From an uncultured cyanobacterium (GTDB lineage: Bacteria; Cyanobacteriota; Cyanobacteriia; Cyanobacteriales; Cyanobacteriaceae), in NCBI GenBank assembly GCA_963710605.1, contig CAVQBA010000006.1, positions 32,001 through 96,000 of the forward strand: a DNA stretch of 64,000 nt, read 5' to 3'. Position 1 is the stretch's first letter; every line of letters starts with the position of its first letter. Shown here in pieces: positions 9,801 to 18,748 of this stretch. A model generated the notes under the pieces. That model saw nothing but the letters and a program-made list of their open reading frames with translations. It did no database searches and had not been told where the DNA came from. A program made the position numbers and the translations under genes.

Positions 9801-10371
9801 TGGTTATTTTCCTTGTCAATCTGAAGGAAATACTTTGTATATTTATAACCCCGAAAAACCAGAGGATAAAGAGATTGTTGCTCAATTTGACTTCCCCCGT
9901 CAAAAATCGGGTAAACGTTTGTGTATAGCCGACTTTTTTGCCCCTACAGACTCAGATACGATCGATGTCTTCCCGATGCAAGCCGTAACGGTGGGAGAAG
10001 TTGCGACTGAATATGCCCAAAAACTATTTGCGGCTGATGAATATACCAATTACCTTTATTATCACGGTATGGCGGTACAAACAGCCGAAGCGATGGCAGA
10101 ATGGTGTCATGCAAGGATAAGACGAGAGTTAGGTTATGGTGATTCTGAGCCCGATAATATTCGGGAAATGTTCCAACAACGCTATCAAGGCTCACGTTAT
10201 AGTTTTGGTTATCCTGCTTGTCCGAATATGCTAGATCAGTATATACAATTAGATTTATTGGATACTAAACGCATTGGTATGTATATGGATGAGAGTGAGC
10301 AAATATATCCCGAGCAATCGACAAGTGCTATTATTTGTTATCATCCCGTAGCGAAATATTTTAGTGCTTAA
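6821..10371 (+). CDS. metH: Cobalamin-dependent methionine synthase, split by a 1-nt frameshift near 7709
   Basis: ORF 6821-7735 has the Hcy-binding domain (DGAMGT, GLNCA, GGCCGT). ORF 7699-10371 has the folate, B12-binding (DVHDIGKN) and activation domains. One base is missing in GGT AC_ AGA CCA GCT CAT. Confidence 0.93.
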
Positions 10372-10384
10372 ATTTAGTGTAAAG

Positions 10385-10403
10385 AGTGAGCTTTTTGCTC
10401 ACT
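10385..10403 (+). terminator. Stem-loop after metH
   Basis: AGTGAGC-ttttt-GCTCACT perfect 7-bp stem followed by TTGTTATTTT. Confidence 0.55.
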
Positions 10404-10413
10404 TTGTTATTTT

Positions 10414-10695
10414 ATGAATATACAATTTGAATGGGATGAAAATAAGCGTTACAGCAATATTCGTAAACATGGAATCGATTTTATTGATGCTTACAAAATA
10501 TTTGATTACGATACAGTAATAATAGAAGACGATCGTTTTAATTATGGCGAACAAAGACTTATCGCTATTGGTTTATTAAAGGGTACAATAATCGTCGTTG
10601 TTTACACCGAAAAAGAAAATAGTATTAGAATAATATCAGCACGAAAAGGGACAAAAAATGAACAACAAATCTACTTCCAAGAAATCTATGACTGA
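10414..10695 (+). CDS. brnT: BrnT-family toxin
   Basis: FEWDENK..SNIRKHGIDF, YGEQR..IG, RIISARK motifs. Confidence 0.92.
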   Translation: MNIQFEWDENKRYSNIRKHGIDFIDAYKIFDYDTVIIEDDRFNYGEQRLIAIGLLKGTIIVVVYTEKENSIRIISARKGTKNEQQIYFQEIYD

Positions 10696-10930
10696 TTGGG
10701 AAAGATTAGATTCTATGACTGATGAAGATATAGACTTTTCCGATTGCCCTGAAATTACACCTGAAATGACAAAAAGTAAAACTATTAGACGTGGTTTAAA
10801 AGATTCTTCACACAAACAGCTACTAACTTTGTATTTAGATGAGGAAATAGTAACTTGGTATCAAAAAAATAAAGAATCTCATCAAGTAGAAATTAATAAT
10901 TTATTAAAAGATTATATTAAAAATCATTAA
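10658..10930 (+). CDS. brnA: BrnA-family antitoxin
   Basis: TDWERL..MTDEDIDFSDCPE, L.LD.EI..W and INNLL..Y. Overlaps the end of brnT. Confidence 0.88.
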   Translation: MNNKSTSKKSMTDWERLDSMTDEDIDFSDCPEITPEMTKSKTIRRGLKDSSHKQLLTLYLDEEIVTWYQKNKESHQVEINNLLKDYIKNH

Positions 10931-10931
10931 T

Positions 10932-11081
10932 CTTGATTATCAAAGTAGTCGATCGTTTTTAAAAAATACTTTATTTGTTCCTCATACAGAAGAAGAAACT
11001 CATCTTCTGGCATCACTAATTGAGTTTGTTGGGGTTTTAGTCGAGTCTTATGAAGATAAAAATATTTTTGAGTTGATGTAA
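10932..11081 (+). pseudogene. Remnant of a HigA-like antitoxin N-terminal domain
   Basis: Frame without ATG: LDYQSSRSFLKNTLFVPHTEEETHLLASLIEFVGVLVESYEDKNIFELM*. It matches the recalled family pattern FVPHTEEEY...ETHPLASL.E..GVL.E.YE with the middle segment missing. Confidence 0.55.
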
Positions 11082-11203
11082 GTTGAGTCTAAAACGATCG
11101 TCTATTATAATTTTGAGTGCGAAAAAATTTTACTGCTTAAGGTTTTTTTGGTCTTGCTCACTCTATAATTAGCTTAACTAAAATATGGCATTAATAGAAC
11201 ATT

Positions 11204-12514
11204 ATGAGAATAACAAAAATTTCTATAGATGGATTATTTGGGATTTTTAACCATGAAATTCGTCTAAATGTGGAAGAAAGGATAACTATTATTCATGGTG
11301 CTAATGGTGTAGGGAAAACAATTATTCTTACAATGCTCAATGATTTTTTTCATTCTCGTTATTCCATTTTTAGAAAAACACCATTTGAAAAATTTGTAAT
11401 TTATTTTGATAACGCTCATAATATTGAAATTGTAAAAAAGAATCATATTAACGACAAAAAAACGACAAGTCATAGGTATGATATCAAATTCTTATTAAAA
11501 GAAAATGATTTAGTTATTAAAGACTTTATTCCTAGAATAGAAGATAATGAAGAAAAAATAGAAGATTATGATTCTCAAATTTCTTGGTATAGTCAGATAA
11601 TAAGACGGAAAATATCTATGGATATAAATGAAATAGAAGAAGACTCAAATAAAAATGATGATGATATCTGTGAATGGTTAGAGCAAATAACAAATAATAT
11701 TAATATCCACTTAATAAATTCTCAAAGATTAATCAATATAGAAAAAATCAATAAAAAGAAGAAATCGTACTCTACTGTTTCTAATTATTCAGAAAAATTA
11801 GCTAACTTAATGGATCGAAAATTTACTGAATATGGTTCTATTTCACAATCTTTAGAAAGAACTTTTCCATCGAGAGTTTTACAATTGGTACAAGTAGGAA
11901 ACACTGATTTACAAAGAGAAAATCTATCTGAACAACTAAATCATCTGCAAAAACAGAGAAATCGCTTAATAAATGTTGGTTTGTTGAACAAAGAAGAAGA
12001 TAGCGATTTTAATATACAGTCTAATACCATTGATAATACCGATGAAAGCACAAAAATGTTTTTATCTGTATATGTTGAAGATGTAGAAAAAAAGTTAAAT
12101 GTATTTAAAGATATAGCTGATAAAATAGAATTGTTAAAAAAAATTATTGATAAAAAATTTGCTTATTCTTCTAAACAAATTAATTTTGACAAAGAAAGGG
12201 GTTTTATTTTTACAACGAATAAAGATTTATCTTCTCCTTCAGAAAATGAAAATAAGAAAATTTCGCCGACAGATTTATCATCAGGAGAACAGCACGAATT
12301 AATCATGCTTTATGATTTATTATTTAATGTAAAACCTAATTCTTTAGTCTTAATTGACGAACCCGAATTATCCCTTCATGTAAGTTGGCTAGTCGATTTT
12401 TTAACTGATTTAGAAAGTATAATTAAAATTGCCGATTTAGATATTTTAATGGCGACTCATTCACCAGATTTGATAAACGATCGCTGGGATTTAACGGTTG
12501 AATTAAAGAAATAG
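11204..12514 (+). CDS. ABC-type (AAA_15/AAA_21) ATPase, PARIS AriA-like
   Basis: Walker A GANGVGKT, signature LSSGEQ, Walker B LIDEPE, H-loop ATHSP. No transmembrane partner. Very AT-rich. Confidence 0.85.
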   Translation: MRITKISIDGLFGIFNHEIRLNVEERITIIHGANGVGKTIILTMLNDFFHSRYSIFRKTPFEKFVIYFDNAHNIEIVKKNHINDKKTTSHRYDIKFLLKENDLVIKDFIPRIEDNEEKIEDYDSQISWYSQIIRRKISMDINEIEEDSNKNDDDICEWLEQITNNINIHLINSQRLINIEKINKKKKSYSTVSNYSEKLANLMDRKFTEYGSISQSLERTFPSRVLQLVQVGNTDLQRENLSEQLNHLQKQRNRLINVGLLNKEEDSDFNIQSNTIDNTDESTKMFLSVYVEDVEKKLNVFKDIADKIELLKKIIDKKFAYSSKQINFDKERGFIFTTNKDLSSPSENENKKISPTDLSSGEQHELIMLYDLLFNVKPNSLVLIDEPELSLHVSWLVDFLTDLESIIKIADLDILMATHSPDLINDRWDLTVELKK

Positions 12515-12518
12515 AATA

Positions 12519-13376
12519 ATGCGAGAATATCTAACAGTCGATCGTATTGCTAACACTATCCGACAACAAAAAACAAATTTTCAAGGTAGTTTTATATTAG
12601 TCGAGGGTGATTCTGATAAAAAAGTATATCAAAATTTTGTTGACCAATTAAATTGTCGTTTTGAAATCTGTAAAGGAAAACCATCTAGTAAACAAAGAGT
12701 AATTCAAGTATTAGATATTTTAAATAACGATAATATACAAGGAATAATAGGTATCGTTGATGCTGATTTCGATCGTTTAGAAAATACTCAATATAACCAC
12801 AATAATTTATTTTTAACGGATTATCATGATTTGGAAATTATGTTAATTCGATCGCCAGCTTTAAATAAATTACTTCAAGAATTTGCCTCAGAAGATAAGC
12901 TTAATAAATTAAAATTAGATGTTAGACAAGTTTTATTAAATTTAAGTTGTGATTTGGGTTATTTACGTTGGATTTCTAGAGAAGATAACTTGAATCTCAG
13001 TTTTAATGATTTGAAGTACCAAAATTTTTTAGATACAAAAAAATTAATTGTTGATTGTAAAAAATTAATTAAAACAATTATAGATAAAACTCAAAACTAT
13101 TCGATTGTTCAACAAGATTTACTAGTGAAAATTAAGAATAAAAAAGATAAGCTTCATTATAAAGAGCAGATATGTTGTGGTCATGACTTAATTAATATTT
13201 TATCAATTTTGTTATGTAAAAAAATTGGCTCTAATAATACAAATCAAGTTAACAAAGAGAATCTAGAACGTAGTTTAAGATTAGCTTATGAAAGTATCTA
13301 TTTTCAGCAAACTAATCTTTATCTTCAGGTAATTAAATGGCAAGATCAGAATCACATTACTATGTTTGTGAAATAA
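12519..13376 (+). CDS. DUF4435 / TOPRIM-fold protein, PARIS AriB-like
   Basis: ILVEGDSD and IVDADFD TOPRIM acidic motifs, DLE and GHD motifs. Starts 4 nt after the ATPase stop. Confidence 0.82.
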   Translation: MREYLTVDRIANTIRQQKTNFQGSFILVEGDSDKKVYQNFVDQLNCRFEICKGKPSSKQRVIQVLDILNNDNIQGIIGIVDADFDRLENTQYNHNNLFLTDYHDLEIMLIRSPALNKLLQEFASEDKLNKLKLDVRQVLLNLSCDLGYLRWISREDNLNLSFNDLKYQNFLDTKKLIVDCKKLIKTIIDKTQNYSIVQQDLLVKIKNKKDKLHYKEQICCGHDLINILSILLCKKIGSNNTNQVNKENLERSLRLAYESIYFQQTNLYLQVIKWQDQNHITMFVK

Positions 13377-13633
13377 GTAATTATCATAGTTTATGTCACC
13401 TTATCTATCTTTGAAATTTAGAATCATCAAGAGTAAATAAAGAAAAGAGTATAAACAATTAGTCAGTCTTCTATTTTAGAGTCACAAGCTTATACTTGAT
13501 GAACCTATTACGATCGCAGGTAAAAATAGATATGAGACTAAACTATACTTAGAAAAAGATGAAAAGCTAGAAGAATTATAATGAACAATCATTACAACAT
13601 GGTAATTCAATAAAGTGAAGAAGATAATATTAT

Positions 13634-14662
13634 TTATTCATAAAAAGAAGGTAATTGCTTAATTAACTCGTACTCTATCTCCTCTAATTTGGGAACTATA
13701 CCAATTTCTGGATCTTGCAAAATTTGGTTTTTAAATTCAGTTAAATAATCAAGAATATTTTTTCTTAAAATAGGACGAGAATCCGCTACCATATTCTTAT
13801 AATCCCATACATCCCAAGCTACAAAACCGATCGCTAATAAAGGATCTATTAATTTAGCTGTAGTTGATACAGCAACGGAAGTTCCACCTTTAACTGCTAA
13901 TTTACTTCCTGCTTTGAGTGCGATATTACTAAATAATTTGGCACCGATAACTGCTCCAACGATCGTAGTTTCGGTTAACAATGAACTACCTAAACTTTGT
14001 AGTGATAAGCTAGATTTACTATTTCCTGTATTATAAATTAATTGAGCAAGTTCTCCTAAATGGCTATCCCAATCACGATCGTCAATTTTGTAATCGTTTT
14101 TAATATCTGCGAAAACTAAACTAATAGAATTACCATATATTTTACCAGTTCTTTCAATTATTTTTTTAAGATCTTTTTGAGCTGATTTAGTAAATACTAA
14201 TTCCTGAAATTTATCATAAAACTTTCTGGTCAATCTTTTAGCTATTATTTCACTTGAATTGAGATTTTTTTCATCTTCTTTTCTTAATAGTTTTAAGCGT
14301 TTGTCCAATTTGAAACCTACCCAAGAAATTACGCCTCCATATTCGATCGATTTTTGATTGAAAAAACTAAAGTACCAATCTAAAAAATCTTGATCTACAT
14401 TCACCATCAATTCATCAATATAGTCATCTAATTCTTCTGTTGCGAATTCCTCCGCCACAAGAAGACTGTCTTTAATTTTATCAGTTAATGATTTATCTAT
14501 CTTTGCCCAGTCATAATTTTTATCATCTAAAAAAGCTATTTTGTTATTGTTAATTATGTCCGCTACAGCAGGTTTTAAAAATAACAAATGATTATTAAAA
14601 ACTAAAATAATAGTAAGTAATAAGATAGTTAAGTTTTTGGTTAATCGATCGATAATATTCAT
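13634..14662 (-). CDS. Uncharacterised exported/membrane protein, paralog of 14718-15896
   Basis: Hydrophobic N-terminus, FLDWYFSFFNQK motif, Gly/Ala-rich hydrophobic hairpin ending WDVWD. Confidence 0.8.
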   Translation of the reverse strand: MNIIDRLTKNLTILLLTIILVFNNHLLFLKPAVADIINNNKIAFLDDKNYDWAKIDKSLTDKIKDSLLVAEEFATEELDDYIDELMVNVDQDFLDWYFSFFNQKSIEYGGVISWVGFKLDKRLKLLRKEDEKNLNSSEIIAKRLTRKFYDKFQELVFTKSAQKDLKKIIERTGKIYGNSISLVFADIKNDYKIDDRDWDSHLGELAQLIYNTGNSKSSLSLQSLGSSLLTETTIVGAVIGAKLFSNIALKAGSKLAVKGGTSVAVSTTAKLIDPLLAIGFVAWDVWDYKNMVADSRPILRKNILDYLTEFKNQILQDPEIGIVPKLEEIEYELIKQLPSFYE

Positions 14663-14717
14663 AAAAAATAATTAAATTAAAGATTTTAAAAATAGTTAAG
14701 CATGGTAAAAGTTTTAA

Positions 14718-15896
14718 TTAAATCAAACTTGAAACAATATTTTCCTGAATTCGATCGATAATAATTATAATTCCTGTCTCAGGATTATTAAGTAACGAAT
14801 CTTTTACTTCTTCTAAATAACCAATCAAATTTTCTTTTAAAATCGGTTTTTCAATTTGAGCGGTATGATTAATATCCCAAATATCCCATAAAATAATACC
14901 AACTCCTACACTTGCATCTAAAAAAGTTGAGCCAATTTTACCGGCTAAAACTCCACCTGTTTTAGTTGCCACTTTTGCCCCCGCTTTTCCTGCTAATTTA
15001 GCCACTACTTTACTGCTGACTGTCGGTATAAGTTTGACGATTAAAGGTTTAACAGCTACATAAGCACCACCACCGACAAAAACTTTTAAAGGTGTATTAG
15101 AAATGTTCCCTTCTGTATTGTAAATACTAACGGCAATATCATTAAGATAATTATCCCAATCTGTTTGAGGAATTTGATAGTTGATGGCAATGTCACTAAT
15201 ATTTGTTTCAACTTGCTTAAGATAATATCTAACTATTTGATTGGTTATTCTTTCTAATTGCAATTGAGCTATTTGGGGGCGTAATACTCTTTTACTAAAT
15301 TCTAACTGAAAATCTTGAGTAATTGACTCGGCTATTTGCTCATTTATACCTTTATTATTCAGTTTAAATAGCTTAAAACTTCCAGCTTTCAAGGCATTAA
15401 AAAAACCTTTATATTCTATTTGTTTTTGATTAAAATAACCAAAGTACCAATCTAAAAAATTAGGATCGATTCTAGTAGCTAAATCATCAACCCAAATTTG
15501 TAATTGCTCGTCTGCATATTCATTAGTATTTTTATAAGCTAAATCTAAACTATCTTTAATTGCAACATCAATTTTATTCCACTCAATAACTGTTTTTTCA
15601 ATCGTAATTTCTTTATTAGAAGTTGGTTTGTTACTAAAAGATTGAGCAATAATTCCTTGCCCGATTAAGGGAATAATAACAATAATAATTACTAATACCC
15701 ATAGATAAGGTGCAAAAGATTTTAACAAATTAGCGATCGAATTTAACAAGCGACTCCAAGAATTTATTTTTTGGGTAACATCGTTATCAGTCTTAGCTTC
15801 TAATGTTTTATTTACCTGCTTATCTTCTTTCTTGTCTTTCTCAATACTATTATCTTCTAACGTCTGTTTTTTTGGTTCGGTGTTTTCTTGAGTCAT
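14718..15896 (-). CDS. Uncharacterised membrane protein, paralog of 13634-14662
   Basis: TM helix LWVLVIIIVIIPLIG, FLDWYFGYFNQK motif, KLAGKAGAKVATKTGG...WDIWD region. Confidence 0.8.
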   Translation of the reverse strand: MTQENTEPKKQTLEDNSIEKDKKEDKQVNKTLEAKTDNDVTQKINSWSRLLNSIANLLKSFAPYLWVLVIIIVIIPLIGQGIIAQSFSNKPTSNKEITIEKTVIEWNKIDVAIKDSLDLAYKNTNEYADEQLQIWVDDLATRIDPNFLDWYFGYFNQKQIEYKGFFNALKAGSFKLFKLNNKGINEQIAESITQDFQLEFSKRVLRPQIAQLQLERITNQIVRYYLKQVETNISDIAINYQIPQTDWDNYLNDIAVSIYNTEGNISNTPLKVFVGGGAYVAVKPLIVKLIPTVSSKVVAKLAGKAGAKVATKTGGVLAGKIGSTFLDASVGVGIILWDIWDINHTAQIEKPILKENLIGYLEEVKDSLLNNPETGIIIIIDRIQENIVSSLI

Positions 15897-16136
15897 CTAT
15901 CTATGGGTTAGTTAGTGAAATACTTTAATCAGTTTAATATTATTGTTTAGTCTAATCTTTTAAGCATAAATGAATAACAAAGTACTGTAGTAATGACTTT
16001 AGTCATTGGATATGACTGAGTATATGTATATCTTGATTTTATTATAAGTCATCAAACAAATTTAATATCACTATCTAAAGCTCGATTTAATCTAAAATTA
16101 TCTTGAGGTAAAAAAACAAATAGTCGATCACTAAAA

Positions 16137-16856
16137 ATGCTAACAAAAATAGATTCAAATATTTGGATTGCACAACAACAATTAAAATACTTAGGGTTAG
16201 AAGTCGGGACAAAAATGACTATCATTCGTCTAGAGAATGATGAATTAGTAGTTATTTCTCCTATCCAAATTAATGATACTATTCAAACTCAATTGAATGA
16301 AATTGGATTAGTAAAACATATTATTGCACCTAATTTATTTCATTATTTATTTGTTTCTGATTGGAAAAAACTTTTTCCTAATGCGATGGTTTGGGCAAGT
16401 CCAGATTTGAAAGCTAAAAAACCAAATATATCGATCGATAAAAACCTTAATTATCAAGGTGGTAAATTTAATAATAGTCTTGAATATCTTTTTTTTGATG
16501 GATTTAAAACAACTACTTTTAACGGTTTTGAATTATTAAATGAATTTGTTTTTTTTCATTCTTTAACTAAGACTCTTATATTGACAGACACAGCTTTTAA
16601 TATTGATGATAGTTTTTCGCCTTTTATACAATTTGTAGCGAGAATTACTGGTGATTTTAATCATCTTAAACCATCGCTTTTAGAAAAAATTGCTACTAGC
16701 GATAAACAGAAAGTCAAAACTTCAGTGACTAAAATTCTAGAATGGGATTTTGAAAGGGTAATTATGGCACATGGCTCAATTATTGAATCAAATGGAAAAC
16801 AAAAGTTTAAACAAGGATATGAGCAGTTTCTTAATTGTACTTTGAATAATATGTAG
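16137..16856 (+). CDS. DUF4336-family protein (metallo-beta-lactamase-like)
   Basis: TKMTIIRL, HIIAPNLFH, EFVFFH..TLILTD and WDFERVIMAHG motifs. Confidence 0.85.
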   Translation: MLTKIDSNIWIAQQQLKYLGLEVGTKMTIIRLENDELVVISPIQINDTIQTQLNEIGLVKHIIAPNLFHYLFVSDWKKLFPNAMVWASPDLKAKKPNISIDKNLNYQGGKFNNSLEYLFFDGFKTTTFNGFELLNEFVFFHSLTKTLILTDTAFNIDDSFSPFIQFVARITGDFNHLKPSLLEKIATSDKQKVKTSVTKILEWDFERVIMAHGSIIESNGKQKFKQGYEQFLNCTLNNM

Positions 16857-17059
16857 TTAATTAGTAACTATAAAATTAGATAGATTAGATTTGCAATAAT
16901 TTTTTAGCAGACATACACAAAATGTTTAATTAGTCAAGCAATATATGATGAGTAAGTTTATTGATCTGATCGATCGTCTGCCCTTATTCTGCTTCGCACG
17001 ATCGTCTGTTATTATCATGAAAGTGAAATATTTTAGTGTTAAAACAAGAACAAGACAAA

Positions 17060-17725
17060 ATGACAACTTATTTAGTGACAGGGGCAAATAGAGGTATAGG
17101 TTTAGAATATTGTCGTCAACTAAAACAACTTGGAAATCAAGTAATTGCAGTTTGTCGAAGCACTTCAGAAGAATTAGATAGTTTGGGAGTAACAGTTATA
17201 TCAGGCATAGAAATTACTGAGTATCAAACGATCGCTGATTTGGTTGTAAAATTAGATGGTGAAACAATTGATGTTTTAATTAACAACGCTGGAATAGTTA
17301 ATGCTGATAGCTTCGATTATTTAAATTTTGATAGTATTCGTCAGCAATTTGAAATAAATGCGATCGGTACACTCAAGATAACTAAAGCATTATTACCTAA
17401 CCTCCCAAAAGGTGGAAAAGTAATTATTATGACTAGTCGTATGGGTTCAATCGAAGATAATACATCTGGTGGTTATTATGGCTATCGTCTGAGCAAAGCC
17501 GCAGTTTCTATGGCAGGTAAATGTTTATCAATCGATCTCAAACCCGAAGAGATTGCTGTGGCGATTCTTCATCCTGGATTAGTTAAAACTCGGATGACAG
17601 GCTTTACTGATAATGGTATTACAACAGAACAATCTGTCACAGGATTGTTATCGAGAATTGATGAACTTACTTTGGAAAATACAGGAACATTTTGGCATTC
17701 TAATGGAGAAGTTTTGCCTTGGTAA
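17060..17725 (+). CDS. Short-chain dehydrogenase/reductase (CsgA-like)
   Basis: TGANRGIG, NNAG and YxxSK motifs. I prefer the ATG at 17060 over the GTG at 17036. Confidence 0.9.
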   Translation: MTTYLVTGANRGIGLEYCRQLKQLGNQVIAVCRSTSEELDSLGVTVISGIEITEYQTIADLVVKLDGETIDVLINNAGIVNADSFDYLNFDSIRQQFEINAIGTLKITKALLPNLPKGGKVIIMTSRMGSIEDNTSGGYYGYRLSKAAVSMAGKCLSIDLKPEEIAVAILHPGLVKTRMTGFTDNGITTEQSVTGLLSRIDELTLENTGTFWHSNGEVLPW

Positions 17726-17956
17726 TAAGGGAAGGGAAAATTAACACATTTATGTTTGACTCAGTTGTCATGAATATAAATAAATAATTGAGCGTAGTGT
17801 GATAATGTCTCTAAAGAACGAATATATCGATCGCTAAAACAATACCAGAGTTTAGGTACTTGTTGGTTGTCTTCTAAATTTCGATTGATAAGAAGTAAAT
17901 TGCATTGATAAGAAGTAACAAGTTAATCAAAACCTGTGATGAATTAGTTCGGCTAC

Positions 17957-17976
17957 GCAATTATTCGGTGAGAATT
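17957..17976. repeat. Small dispersed repeat (copy 2, inverted)
   Basis: GCAATTATTCGGTGAGAATT is the exact reverse complement of 3608-3627. Confidence 0.75.
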
Positions 17977-17980
17977 ATAG

Positions 17981-18574
17981 TTATTTAAACGGTTGCCCCC
18001 ACCATTGCCATGATTCTTTATTAAAAGGCGATCGCCATTTTAAGATTAATTCTTTTTCTAACTTTTGGCGTAACTTTCTAGATTCTGGAACACTCCACCA
18101 AAAAGCACTTCTAATCAAAACAGGTAAATCGTACTTTCGATGTAATTCTAAATAGTGTTGAATATAGTTTTTACAATCGTGATTAATCCATCTTTGCCCG
18201 GGCGATCGTTTTGTTTCTCCTACGTATAATAATAAAGAAGAATGAGTATCTAAAATAAAGTATAAACAACTTTCACTTAAGTTGTAATTAGGTAAATCAT
18301 AAAACTGATCGCTATGAGTTTCTTGTTCAAAAGGATTAAATAATTCTACTTCGCAAATAGATGTTTTTTCACTGATTAAATCACCTTGTTGTATCTGATT
18401 ATTTATTTGAGCTTGTTGATAATTGTAAATACTTTTTTTCCAGTTTTCTAAAAAACTTTTACTCATAGCAATATCAGGAGTAGTTGTTTTTTTTGATAAC
18501 TGATAAGTAGCTGAGGGTTCAAACAAGCTCAACTGTTTTGGTGAAGATGAAGGACGATAATCAGAATAATTCAA
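17981..18574 (-). CDS. GIY-YIG nuclease-family protein (cyanobacterial type)
   Basis: CLYFILD...LLYVGET, HDCK.Y and E.ELI.KW.SPFNKE motifs. The start codon (TTG) is uncertain. Confidence 0.8.
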   Translation of the reverse strand: MNYSDYRPSSSPKQLSLFEPSATYQLSKKTTTPDIAMSKSFLENWKKSIYNYQQAQINNQIQQGDLISEKTSICEVELFNPFEQETHSDQFYDLPNYNLSESCLYFILDTHSSLLLYVGETKRSPGQRWINHDCKNYIQHYLELHRKYDLPVLIRSAFWWSVPESRKLRQKLEKELILKWRSPFNKESWQWWGQPFK

Positions 18575-18748
18575 TGGTTTTGAGCAAATAAATAATTTCG
18601 ATTCAAGCGATAAGTCTGTAGGGGTTTATGGCATAAACCCAAAATTAAATTTGTAGTTTTGTTTGTCAGGTTTCGCACTTTATTTTATATATTACTTATA
18701 TCCTAACGTTTTCTAAGCTTCAATCCAACCGACAATTTACGATCGCCA

